DNA of 44,019 bases from Candidatus Bruticola sp. (GCA_051874735.1 JBJEGD010000002.1:140434-184452); one strand, 5' to 3'; counted from the first letter of the stretch, positions 8,234 through 17,491 are shown. Notes: generated by a model not told the origin, from the sequence alone. Numbers and translations: made by a program.

Positions 8234-10394
8234 CCACGTAGCCGCTGCTGCTGCCCTTACTAAAATCGGGAATAACCGTCTGGGGAGGATTAGAACGATC
8301 TGCAGGGGCGTTAGGAATTATTTCTCCACTTTCAGTGCGATTGATAAACTCTGGCTGTTTCGGACTTTCCGCAGCATAATTATCACCGTTTTCTTCGACT
8401 GCAGCTTCATTGCTATTAGCCTCTTCTTCTGGCCAACTCTCCCTCTGATCGTACCCACCTTCTTCAAACTCTGGGTTATAATCGCCCTCAGAATAATAAT
8501 TGTAAGTAGCCTCATCTGCCGGAACTTCTGACTCTACCTCCACAGCAGGGGCAACGTTCTTGACGACCTTAGGGGTTAACTGTTCTAAAGAGCGCAATTT
8601 TTTGACAGGTTGGGCAGAAGGCTGTTTAGGCTTAACCTCCTTTTCTGATTTACCTTCAGACCGGGACAAAGGATCGAATACACATCTAAAACCGGAATTA
8701 GCTAAGCGTCCCTGTTCGGGGAGTACACCGTGTTCCTGAGTAAGCACACACTCAACAGCGCTGTCACTGCGTGATCCTCCTTTAATAACTTTGGTCAAAG
8801 GGGTATATTCAGCAGCAGCTCCGTAAGGGATAAACCAAGTATCGACCCATTCCCACACGTTGCCGGCCATATCTTCAACCCCATAGGGAGAAGCACCGCG
8901 AGGGAAAGTGCCCACTTCAGAAGTGTTGGTTAGACCACTCTCCACACAGTTAAACCGGGTATAATCGGGTTCCCTTCCGCCCCAAGGATACAAGCGCAGA
9001 TCTCCTCCGCGGGCCGCCTTTTCCCACTCATTGGCTGTAGGCAGCCGTTTGCCAGCCCAGCGAGCATAAGCCTCACAATCGTAAAAAGAAACTCTGATTA
9101 CCGGATGGTCAAGGCGATCATCTGAAGCGGCCTCTTCCCAATTTCCTTGAGCTTTGTAGCCAGTAGCTTCCACAAATTTTTTAAACTGGCGATTGGTAAC
9201 TTCGTATCTATCTATGTAAAAAGCCGGCAGCTCCACCACAAAAGGACGAGCCGCTGAACCAGCTGCTGGCACTGGACCACTATAGTAAGGCCCCGCCGGT
9301 ATTAAAATCATAGGAGCTCCATCTTTAGGTGAAACCCATGACTGGGGCAAATTTTCTAAAGTAGGAGCAGGACGCCCCAGATCTTTGGCTATAGGAGCCG
9401 CTTTTTCATCGTTACTAACTACACCGCTATAAAAAAGCAAACTACCCACACAGAGAGTTCCTATTAAAGGTAGGGCTACCATAGCCACAACAGACCAATC
9501 AACATTTTTTAAAGCTTGCTTAAGAGCTCCAGCACTTTGGGCTACAGAAGCAGCCACCGGATCAGCGTCGTCAGCATATTCACTTTCTATAGCTAAAACA
9601 GCGGTTGATTTAGTTGCAGGAGGCTTAGCTAGCTGGATATTAACAGCAGCCGCGGCATACTCTTCAGAAGAGCTCCAGCGACGCTTTTTTTTCTTTTTCT
9701 TGAGCTGCTTTTCTTCTTGGCGTAAGCGATTAGCCCAGTCGCGAAAGTCAGGCAAAATATCGGAAGGTAAAGGACGCTCTCTAGGATCGGCTTCAAATAA
9801 ACGGCTGATCTGTTTATTAAGCCTACTGGATAGGGCCGGAATAGGCTCTAACTCGACATCGGGAATGAGCAAAGTCTGCGCATCGGCAGGCTGATGACCG
9901 CTCAGCAGATGATAAAGAGTCGCTCCCAATTGATAGTCGAGCACACCTGGGCCAATATCCCCTCTATTAACCTGTTCTGGAGCGCAGTAAGGAGAATGGC
10001 CTCGTTCTTCAAAACCAGGATCACAAAGTATAATTTTCTGCCCCTGTTTTATTAAATGTTCCGGACGCAGATCGCAAATTATAAACTCTGAAGGCACTGA
10101 AGAAAGCAGTTCGAGAATACGGCAGGCCGTCTCTGCATCAATAACTGGCTCCAAAGGCGCACCCTCAATCCAGGGACGAATGACAAAAATACGCCCTTCT
10201 TCCTCACAAACTGTGTAAGGGACAACCAGTCCTTTAATATCGCAGGAGCTCAATTCGTGAAGGCGCCTTTGAGCCTCTTCCAAGCTTATATGGCGCAGTT
10301 CCCGAATAGCCGCTAAACCGAACTTATCCGTTTTCCCATACCAAGTGCGCGGCCCCAAACTTTTCAGTTTAGGCAAAAGCGGCAAAATTTTCAC
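8205..10394 (-). CDS. Ser/Thr kinase-like domain + TM helix + FGE-sulfatase (SUMF1/EgtB/PvdO) domain protein
   Basis: DLRPEH, CDPG, YCAPEQ, DYQLGATLYHLLSG (kinase fold); TM segment; FYIDRYEVTN, HPVIRVS, RLPTANEWEKAARGG, MAGNVWEW, SGFRC. Confidence 0.85.
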   Translation of the reverse strand: MKILPLLPKLKSLGPRTWYGKTDKFGLAAIRELRHISLEEAQRRLHELSSCDIKGLVVPYTVCEEEGRIFVIRPWIEGAPLEPVIDAETACRILELLSSVPSEFIICDLRPEHLIKQGQKIILCDPGFEERGHSPYCAPEQVNRGDIGPGVLDYQLGATLYHLLSGHQPADAQTLLIPDVELEPIPALSSRLNKQISRLFEADPRERPLPSDILPDFRDWANRLRQEEKQLKKKKKKRRWSSSEEYAAAAVNIQLAKPPATKSTAVLAIESEYADDADPVAASVAQSAGALKQALKNVDWSVVAMVALPLIGTLCVGSLLFYSGVVSNDEKAAPIAKDLGRPAPTLENLPQSWVSPKDGAPMILIPAGPYYSGPVPAAGSAARPFVVELPAFYIDRYEVTNRQFKKFVEATGYKAQGNWEEAASDDRLDHPVIRVSFYDCEAYARWAGKRLPTANEWEKAARGGDLRLYPWGGREPDYTRFNCVESGLTNTSEVGTFPRGASPYGVEDMAGNVWEWVDTWFIPYGAAAEYTPLTKVIKGGSRSDSAVECVLTQEHGVLPEQGRLANSGFRCVFDPLSRSEGKSEKEVKPKQPSAQPVKKLRSLEQLTPKVVKNVAPAVEVESEVPADEATYNYYSEGDYNPEFEEGGYDQRESWPEEEANSNEAAVEENGDNYAAESPKQPEFINRTESGEIIPNAPADRSNPPQTVIPDFSKGSSSGYVDEDKVNYYE

Positions 10395-10804
10395 TATTTG
10401 TCATCTCCTCCCTCTGAATATGGCAGCTCTCTATCGCTGTCAGTTACACTTGGCTCAGCTTTAAGCGGTTCATCCCCTACAACTGCACTCAGCAAAGCTG
10501 CCAAACCGTCATCTTTGATGACGTCTAAATTTTCTATATCAGGCAAGCCGATAAACTGTTCGTTTACTTTAAGACAATCTGAACTCCACGGTTCCCAGTA
10601 AGGACAAACTTCTTTTTTCGTATCTTCTACTGTCTCCTTGACAGGAGCCATTAAATACTCTTCATGGCGGAACACATTCAACCTAGAGCAATGAAACAGA
10701 GAGTACTCTGTATCAAGAATTTCATCTATTTCTAAACCTTGATCGACAGTATCTAAATAACGACATAAAGCACAAACTTTCCATTTATCTTGAGTCATAA
10801 ACAC
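10394..10804 (-). CDS. Small Cys-rich acidic hypothetical protein (possible metal-binding)
   Basis: CALCRY...FHCSRL...CPYWEP; stop overlaps the next gene's start at 10394. Confidence 0.65.
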   Translation of the reverse strand: MFMTQDKWKVCALCRYLDTVDQGLEIDEILDTEYSLFHCSRLNVFRHEEYLMAPVKETVEDTKKEVCPYWEPWSSDCLKVNEQFIGLPDIENLDVIKDDGLAALLSAVVGDEPLKAEPSVTDSDRELPYSEGGDDK

Positions 10805-10894
10805 CTTTGCCTTAACCTAAAGAATATTTAATGTAAAAAAAAACAGCTCCCTCATCTAAAGCAAACTAAAGACGGGAGCCCTATAAATTCAGTT

Positions 10895-11803
10895 TTATTC
10901 AACAGGAAGTGGATGTTCAACTTGCGCAGCTGCTGATGCCGATGGCTGTTTTAGCTCCGCTTCAGACCGTTTTGCATCTTTTGCTGGAGTATCTGTCGGA
11001 GCAACAAGATTGGCAGCGGCAGATTTTTCTGAACCATTTGCAGCAGATTCCGTTATCTTAGATTCTGCAGCTGCTGACGGAACTGAGTAAGCCAATTTGT
11101 CTGCTACAGCTGTCAAGGCTTCAGCATGTTTTATAAATCCAGAACGAAAGCGCCCAAAACTAAAAGTGGCAGCGATATCGTAGAACTTGCTAAAAACAGA
11201 TTCCAGCGTTTGCTCGTTAAGTTCAGGATTATGTTTAAGCTGTTCAGCTGAAGGTTTATAGTCAATAGCCGATCCCAACAGAACATAGCCAAATCTTTCT
11301 TCTTGATCGTCCTTGACAGGTTCAACAAAAAACCAAGCTTTGCTATAAACTTTTAGTCCATCCTTTACTTGAGTGAAGCATACCCACGGAGCGGCCTCAT
11401 CGGCCCCTTCTTCGATGTTGTCAACTCCCTGAAGTTCACTGCGCAACTTCCCGATCTGAGCTTTAGCAAACTCACTAGCTCCAACTGTGGGACTGTCTAT
11501 TTTATTCTTAGTCAGGACGACATTACTCCTGAAACGATTTCCGTCAGGCAGCTCTATCAAAGGCGCCAAAGCTGTAACTATAGTGTTGCCTATGCCTCGG
11601 CGCAGTTCCCAAAATTGGTCTTCTCCTGAAACTTCTGCCGAACGAACTACCAAAGGAACAGTAAAGGAAACGCCATCTTCACAGAAACGTCCGATCTGAG
11701 CACTGTAGTGCGTTGACTGGGAAGCGGGACCACAAGCCCATAAACCGGACAGCAAAAGCGTAGATACAGAAACAACAGCAAAGCGCTTCAAATTCAATAA
11801 CAT
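10895..11803 (-). CDS. Putative lipoprotein of unknown function
   Basis: Signal peptide ending LWA-C; RBS-like aaggga upstream; Ala-rich tail. Confidence 0.65.
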   Translation of the reverse strand: MLLNLKRFAVVSVSTLLLSGLWACGPASQSTHYSAQIGRFCEDGVSFTVPLVVRSAEVSGEDQFWELRRGIGNTIVTALAPLIELPDGNRFRSNVVLTKNKIDSPTVGASEFAKAQIGKLRSELQGVDNIEEGADEAAPWVCFTQVKDGLKVYSKAWFFVEPVKDDQEERFGYVLLGSAIDYKPSAEQLKHNPELNEQTLESVFSKFYDIAATFSFGRFRSGFIKHAEALTAVADKLAYSVPSAAAESKITESAANGSEKSAAANLVAPTDTPAKDAKRSEAELKQPSASAAAQVEHPLPVE

Positions 11804-11877
11804 ATCATTCCCTTTTGTCTTAAGAGCTTTCTATCCCTCCTCTGAAGATCTAAAAGCTCTATTTGCAACGCAGCTAG

Positions 11878-11913
11878 AAAAAAAAATGAGGCGAACCACG
11901 TCGGCCCGTCTCA
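11878..11913 (-). terminator. efp terminator
   Basis: Minus strand tgagacg...cgcctca followed by a T-run. Confidence 0.7.
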
Positions 11914-11961
11914 CTCTTCCAGCTGCGCATTCTTCAACAGTACAACCGCAGCGAACTGTTA

Positions 11962-12519
11962 TTATAAGCGGCGCAGATACTCACCGGAGCGGGTATCAAC
12001 CTGTACCTTAGTACCAATTTCCACAAATAAAGGAACATTAATTACGGCACCAGTCTCCAAAGTAGCCGGCTTAGTGGCGCCAGTAGCAGTATCACCTTTA
12101 AATCCGGGCTCAGTCTGAGTGACTACCAGCTCAACGAAGTTAGGCACTTCAACACCGATAGGAATATCATTGTGCAAAGCGACATCTACTTCCATGCCAT
12201 CTTTGAGCCAACGCTTCTGATCGCCGAGCAGCTCGGAATCGATGGCTAAATCTTCGTAGCTCTCCAAGTCCATGAAGTGATACATATCGCCATCGACATA
12301 AGTGAACTGCATTTTGCGACGATCGATATGAGCCCGCATAATTTTTTCACCGCCGCGGAACGTTTTCTCGATAACGTAACCGGTTTTGATGTTTTTAATC
12401 TTAGAACGGACAAAAGCGGCGCCTTTGCCGGGTTTCACGTGCAAGAATTCGACTATCTGATAGAGGTCACCGTCAATTTCAACCGTTAAGCCGGTACGAA
12501 AATCGTTAACCGAGATCAT
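11962..12519 (-). CDS. efp: Translation elongation factor P
   Basis: MISVNDFRTG...HVKPGKGAAFVR...PGFKGDTATG..KPATLETG...VDTRSGEY; start placed at ATG 12519 after a GGAGGA RBS. Confidence 0.98.
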   Translation of the reverse strand: MISVNDFRTGLTVEIDGDLYQIVEFLHVKPGKGAAFVRSKIKNIKTGYVIEKTFRGGEKIMRAHIDRRKMQFTYVDGDMYHFMDLESYEDLAIDSELLGDQKRWLKDGMEVDVALHNDIPIGVEVPNFVELVVTQTEPGFKGDTATGATKPATLETGAVINVPLFVEIGTKVQVDTRSGEYLRRL

Positions 12520-12829
12520 AAAGTTCCTCCGCTGGATAAGATATATTTGCAAAAATTAACCTCGAACCATTCGGACTGCATGATATAATACCTGCCTAAG
12601 AAGAGGCTAAACAGCAAATTTTACGAAATAGAATATGCTGTTTTATTGGGCGACACAGATATAAAGCATAACTAATATTTACTTAATGCGCTGTGCAAAA
12701 AACAATTTTATTTTAATTAAGATATATAGGACAACTTCTATACTACCTGTATCCCAAAGCTGGGAGATTACAGCGAAACGGCTCAAGAAAAGCGCTAAGA
12801 AAATACCAGACGTTCCAATACGCGCCAAG

Positions 12830-14068
12830 TTACAGACGCCCATCCCAGTTTAAGTCTACGTTTAAATAGTAGGAAGTGCGAGGCATACTGCCACGCAGAG
12901 GATGGCGTCCTTGCCCAGTTATTAGCTTTTCTTCACCAGGAAGCAGACTGCCGATATTCTCAGTTTTGGTAATCAACTTCTGACCACTACTATCAGTAAC
13001 GCAAAGAATCACACTTATATTTTTAGCTTCTACTTTCGATCGGTTAACGATAGTAACCGAATAGTCCATGTTTCCGTTACCGTAATTAGCGCTAACTTTG
13101 GGCATAGTATAAGCCACAAAAGGCAGAACTTGAGAGACTGACGAAGCAGATGCTTGAGCCTTTTGTTCCTGAGCTTCGATCTTAGGCTTAACCTCAACAG
13201 CCTTTTGCTGAGCCTCTTTAACCTTTTTTACAGCCCTAGGTTTAGCTTTAGGATAAGATGCTGATTCTGACGCCGATTTTGTATTTTCAACATTAGTACG
13301 AGTTTGAACAGTTTTGCGATAGGTTGAACTTTGCAGTAGAGCAATGTCATTATCGAATTCGCTGGGAAAATCTCCTTCAGCAGAGTAAGAGACGCGACGG
13401 CGCTTTACTCCATTGGAACTGGCCTTTTTACTGGCAGCCGCTTTCTTTTTAGTTAAAGCCTTCTTTTGAGCCTCTTCAGCCTCTTGTTGCTTACGTTTAA
13501 TTTTTTCCGCACGGCGAGCAGCCAACACTTGTTCAGCCACCTGAACTTGCGCCGTTTTTTCAGCTTTAAGTTCTTCAGCTGCCAGCCGATCTTGGCGGTT
13601 AATGGAACGAGGCGCAGTAATATCAATAATACCTGTAACCGGATAACTCTTAACCGTAAACCCAAGTCTTTCAGATATAAGACGAATAGGAACCCACATT
13701 TCGCCATCACGTATAACGTAAGGTACGGGAAAAACCATCTGTTCATGTTCAGCTTCAAAGACGCCCTCATTTTGAGAAGACGGCAGCCGATTGCGAACAG
13801 TCAGAGAAGAATCTATGTCGGCATAACTCATCGAGTCTGCTTCCGGCACAAAAATCAACCTTCCATCCTTATTGATAGCTAGCCCTGCACGCATAGCTTT
13901 CATAAAAGAGTATAGGGGTGCATATAAATTAGATTCAACATAAACAACCCGTTTAAAAGGTCTATTGCGCATATATACTTCATCAGCCCGCACTGGGGAA
14001 GCTGATAAACAGACTGCCGCAGCCAGACAAACGCATATTTTCGGGGTTAAACCAAAAGTTAAACGCAT
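12830..14068 (-). CDS. Secreted protein: copper-amine-oxidase-N-terminal-like domain, Lys/Ala-rich linker, C-terminal Ig-like (CARDB/FxLYD-like) domain
   Basis: Signal peptide (VRA/D); DGEMWVPIRLISERLGFTV; VTIVNRS...IGSLLPGEEK. Confidence 0.6.
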   Translation of the reverse strand: MRLTFGLTPKICVCLAAAVCLSASPVRADEVYMRNRPFKRVVYVESNLYAPLYSFMKAMRAGLAINKDGRLIFVPEADSMSYADIDSSLTVRNRLPSSQNEGVFEAEHEQMVFPVPYVIRDGEMWVPIRLISERLGFTVKSYPVTGIIDITAPRSINRQDRLAAEELKAEKTAQVQVAEQVLAARRAEKIKRKQQEAEEAQKKALTKKKAAASKKASSNGVKRRRVSYSAEGDFPSEFDNDIALLQSSTYRKTVQTRTNVENTKSASESASYPKAKPRAVKKVKEAQQKAVEVKPKIEAQEQKAQASASSVSQVLPFVAYTMPKVSANYGNGNMDYSVTIVNRSKVEAKNISVILCVTDSSGQKLITKTENIGSLLPGEEKLITGQGRHPLRGSMPRTSYYLNVDLNWDGRL

Positions 14069-14140
14069 TTTTACAGTGTAGCCTCTTTGCTGACAAAACT
14101 AATAAAACAGCGAAAAATTTTCCCCACAAATTTCGAATAG

Positions 14141-14193
14141 ACAGAAAAAAACAGTCTCGTTTGCTTCACAACCTAAAGACTGTTTTTTTTGTC
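14141..14193. terminator. Terminator hairpin with A/T tails on both sides
   Basis: aaaaaaacagtct ... agactgtttttttt. Confidence 0.75.
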
Positions 14194-14199
14194 AACCAT

Positions 14200-14535
14200 C
14201 TATTTAGCAAAAAGAGGGCGGTTCAGACGGTTTTTCAGGGCCACTTCACGCAATTCAGCATATTGACGCATTTTGCCAATCTGTTCCTGAAGTTCTTTGA
14301 CTTCTCCCTGCATAGCGGCAATATTCTGCTCAAGTTCTTTATCAGCTTCAGTAGTATCGCTCTTAGATTTTTGTCCGACAGCCTGAGCAGCTTTATCCGC
14401 CCAAGCTTCAATAACCTGAGGCGCTGCTCCAATCTCTTTGGCCAATTTCCCGACATCTTCTCCGGCCAGATAGCGAACAACTACGGCAGCTCGTTCTTCA
14501 TCGGTAAAAGTAGCATATTTAATATTTTTTTTCAC
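14200..14535 (-). CDS. Small HTH + coiled-coil protein resembling IS3-family OrfA
   Basis: FTDEERAAVV.RYLAGEDVGKLAKEIGAAPQVIEAW then heptad-rich C-terminus; GTG start with GAGGT RBS. Confidence 0.65.
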   Translation of the reverse strand: MKKNIKYATFTDEERAAVVVRYLAGEDVGKLAKEIGAAPQVIEAWADKAAQAVGQKSKSDTTEADKELEQNIAAMQGEVKELQEQIGKMRQYAELREVALKNRLNRPLFAK

Positions 14536-14629
14536 GATAAAACCTCAAAACACACAAAAACTGCAAGCAGCCTCTAAATTTCTATTAAGCAGCTTGCCTT
14601 TCCCCCCTTGATATAGCACATAAAGCTAT

Positions 14630-14717
14630 AAACGACAGAAGGGACTAATTCACTTTGGGATGGGAATGTCCTGAAACGACAGAAGGGACTAATTCACTTT
14701 GGGATGGGAATGTCCTG
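14630..14717. repeat. Perfect 44-bp tandem duplication
   Basis: aaacgacagaagggactaattcactttgggatgggaatgtcctg at 14630-14673 and 14674-14717. Confidence 0.97.
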
Positions 14718-14721
14718 AAAT

Positions 14722-14756
14722 AAAAAAAACAGGCACCTTCCGTAAGAAGCCTGTTC
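14722..14756 (-). terminator. tRNA operon terminator
   Basis: Minus strand aacaggc-ttcttacggaaggt-gcctgtt followed by a T-run. Confidence 0.85.
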
Positions 14757-14759
14757 TTT

Positions 14760-14834
14760 TGGTGGGTCGTACAGGACTCGAACCTGTGGCCACCTGATTA
14801 AAAGTCAGATGCTCTACCACTGAGCTAACGACCC
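14760..14834 (-). tRNA. tRNA-Lys(UUU)
   Basis: GGGTCGTTAGCTCAGTGGTAGAGCATCTGACTTTTAATCAGG...GTTCGAGTC...CGACCCACCA. Confidence 0.97.
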
Positions 14835-14869
14835 ATATCTCGTTCACAACTTTATAAAAGTGTTCGAGA

Positions 14870-14947
14870 TGGGGTGGATAGTGGGATTCGAACCCACGAC
14901 CTCCGGTTCCACAGACCGGCGCTCTAACCAACTGAGCTATATCCACC
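14870..14947 (-). tRNA. tRNA-His(GUG) with encoded G-1
   Basis: GGTGGATATAGCTCAGTTGGTTAGAGCGCCGGTCTGTGGAACCGG...GTTCGAATC...ATCCACCCCA. Confidence 0.97.
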
Positions 14948-14959
14948 ATATTATATTTT

Positions 14960-15035
<76 letters not shown>

Positions 15036-15066
15036 ATATACCTTATGCTATTCACCAGCGACACTC

Positions 15067-15144
15067 TGGTCGGAGCGGCCGGATTCGAACCGGCGACCCC
15101 TTGCTCCCAAAGCAAGTGCGCTATCCAGGCTGCGCTACGCTCCG
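15067..15144 (-). tRNA. tRNA-Pro(UGG)
   Basis: CGGAGCGTAGCGCAGCCTGGATAGCGCACTTGCTTTGGGAGCAAG...GTTCGAATC...GCTCCGACCA. Confidence 0.97.
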
Positions 15145-15167
15145 TCACAACCTTCCGGGCGAGAGCT

Positions 15168-15196
15168 ATTATAAGTGAGCAGCAATACTAAGTCAA
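15168..15196 (-). promoter_or_regulatory. Sigma70-type promoter of the tRNA operon
   Basis: Minus strand TTGACT-17 bp-TATAAT, with GC-rich discriminator downstream and A/T tracts upstream. Confidence 0.9.
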
Positions 15197-15566
15197 TACC
15201 CTTATAAAAAAAAATCCTTTTTTCTATTTCAGCTAAGATGGTAATAATCCGGTCAGGGCATCCTCTGCCTTACTAAACCTCCTGAATTATTTACCCCTGC
15301 TGCCCCACTGCTGTCCTTAAACTTTACCTATGAATATATAAGCATAGTGACACACTAAAAAATAAAGGAAGTTCAACCAACAATAACTCGATTTTTATAT
15401 AAGAAAAAAGATAATAGCCATTATCTATTAATTACGTACTTACAAAGAAAAAATTAGTAAATATACTATTTTAAACTTTACAAAAACTATAAAATAAGTT
15501 CTAATAAGCATTAAGACAGACATGGGTCTTATTAATCTTTAAACAACTGAAGAGGGAATATATATC

Positions 15567-17402
15567 ATGTCCATTAAGAAGAACACATATCTAAAGTTTG
15601 CCAGCGTTTCTATTGCACTACTTTTATCTGGGGTGGTAGCTGTAACCTCGTCCGGATGCAGCGAAGGCGATGTCGTCCATAATCATTACGCTACTACTTC
15701 CAACGGCGGAATAAGCTCAGATCCTTCGGATCCCTCAGATCCTTCATCCCCTTCAGATCCTGGCCAACTTTGGGGACGCACAGTTCTCATATCTATTGCG
15801 ACCGATACCCTACCTACAGAAGCAGTCACTGCTCAATATACTTACAGTGACAGCGCAGGCAATCCTATTAAACAGTCTCAACAGGCAACCATTGACCGCT
15901 CAGGGGCAACTAATTACACCATCACCGACGAATCTGCGCCCAGCCAAGCGGTCAAGATGATAATTGCTTACTACGACAAAGATGGTAATATTGTAGCTAT
16001 CGACGAGCGAGATATTACTTGGGACAGTGAAGAGACCGGTAGCGTCCAGAGCAGCGATCCCAAAGAGCTCAGCCGCACGGCCAAACTGGTTCTTACAGCA
16101 GACAAATACGTTTTGCGGCCTTCAGAACAAACACAGCTAACCTGCCTGTTAGTCAACGAGGACGGCAGCAGCGTCAACGTTACTAATTTAGCCGCTTTTA
16201 GCAACATTTACAGCGATGTCCTCAAAAGCGCCGGAGAAAACACCCGCGGTCTCTATAAGGCAGTTGGTCACAGCGGAGCACACGTCGGTGTAGCTGATAA
16301 AATTGCCGTCACAGCTTCTACCCCTGCAGGCGAGCAAACTGTATCTTTAGACAAACCCATTTACGTAACAGAGCAAAGCATTAATGGTTTTTATCTGACG
16401 CCAGGCACTATTGACGGACATCAAATTACTATTAATGACAACTCTACTCCTAATAATCCCGACGACGACTACTCTGTAGTTGTTTATCTGCCCAACGAAG
16501 TCAAAGGCGAATTTGTCCATCAAACTTTAAACCAAAAATGGGGCACCTTCACTAAATACGACGATTTAATAGAGAATTATGCCATAAACGAATTGCCTAT
16601 AGCCGCTATTGCAACCTTCAGCAGTGAAGAAGGCAAAGGTCCCTCTCCTACGGGACTCGATGTAACTGACAAAGTATCTTTCTCAGCTGAAGTTACTCAC
16701 GTTTGGGATGCGGACCTGGTTCCTACTGTTTCCATGAGAGACAACGTGGTCTTGCCCTGTTTTGACTATTCCAATGTCCAACCGTTTGACAGCATGAGTT
16801 CAGCAAGTACTGTAACCGTCACTGGTACTTATAAAGAAGGAGGTCTAGATACCTCATCAAGTTGTTTGGTCAAGATAGCACCAAGTTGGACAAAAACGGC
16901 TTTTGCCGTAAAGAGAGAAGATGGAACTTACAGAGCAATTGGCTATGAACTCGGTAAGTACGATTACGGTTCCTCAGAAAGTTCTCAAGCTGGTTATAAT
17001 ACCGGAGGCAAAACTTATCCCAATACAGTAGTCCAAAGAACCCTATACTTAAAGGGAGTAATATGCGCCCTGGGTAAAACCTTCTGCTGCGATATTCCGG
17101 AAGAGATACTGCCCAACGGCAAATATCCCAGTGCCTCCTCGGCTTCTTACGGAGCCTATGTCGACGAAACTATCCAACAGGTAGAATCGGGCAAAAACGA
17201 GTATCTCCTTAAAATAGCCTGGCAGACCACTAGTTCCGACAAGACCACCCCCAACCGTGTAAAGTTATCTTTGAATGTAGACAGCACCTATACCGAAGCC
17301 TGCCTGCCTTCATTCTCATTGGCCGAGTTCTTCTACATAGACTCCATTTTCTATAACAGTTATCCAACTGCTGCTCAGTACTTCGTAGATAACGACCAGT
17401 AA
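15567..17402 (+). CDS. Large surface lipoprotein, beta-rich (Ig-like); paralog of 38635..40251
   Basis: Signal peptide with SSG-C lipobox; SDP-repeat linker; Thr/Ser/Val-rich. Confidence 0.75.
   Translation: MSIKKNTYLKFASVSIALLLSGVVAVTSSGCSEGDVVHNHYATTSNGGISSDPSDPSDPSSPSDPGQLWGRTVLISIATDTLPTEAVTAQYTYSDSAGNPIKQSQQATIDRSGATNYTITDESAPSQAVKMIIAYYDKDGNIVAIDERDITWDSEETGSVQSSDPKELSRTAKLVLTADKYVLRPSEQTQLTCLLVNEDGSSVNVTNLAAFSNIYSDVLKSAGENTRGLYKAVGHSGAHVGVADKIAVTASTPAGEQTVSLDKPIYVTEQSINGFYLTPGTIDGHQITINDNSTPNNPDDDYSVVVYLPNEVKGEFVHQTLNQKWGTFTKYDDLIENYAINELPIAAIATFSSEEGKGPSPTGLDVTDKVSFSAEVTHVWDADLVPTVSMRDNVVLPCFDYSNVQPFDSMSSASTVTVTGTYKEGGLDTSSSCLVKIAPSWTKTAFAVKREDGTYRAIGYELGKYDYGSSESSQAGYNTGGKTYPNTVVQRTLYLKGVICALGKTFCCDIPEEILPNGKYPSASSASYGAYVDETIQQVESGKNEYLLKIAWQTTSSDKTTPNRVKLSLNVDSTYTEACLPSFSLAEFFYIDSIFYNSYPTAAQYFVDNDQ
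15717..15761 (+). repeat. 5 x 9-bp coding repeat (SDP SDP SDP SSP SDP linker)
   Basis: tcagatcct tcggatccc tcagatcct tcatcccct tcagatcct. Confidence 0.85.
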
Positions 17403-17455
17403 ATAGATACCGACCTCCCGCAAATACAATGTAAGATAAGTTGGTAATAACAAAA

Positions 17456-17491
17456 AAAAGCGGGGCACCGCATATGCGGTGCCCCGCTTTT
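17456..17491. terminator. Bidirectional terminator, a perfect 36-bp palindrome
   Basis: aaaagcggggcaccgcat|atgcggtgccccgctttt between convergent genes. Confidence 0.9.

Noticed and set aside
11962-12519. Link between EF-P lysine modification and the aminotransferase/reductase cluster
   Set aside because: The genes are 15 kb apart in separate transcription units, and no EF-P modification gene is adjacent.
14630-14720. CRISPR mini-array (the junction reads ...GTCCTGAAAC)
   Set aside because: Only two copies, directly abutting with no spacer, and no cas genes in the window.
14200-14760. Intact IS element or genomic island at the tRNA cluster
   Set aside because: No integrase or DDE transposase, terminal inverted repeats or duplicated tRNA 3' end was found.
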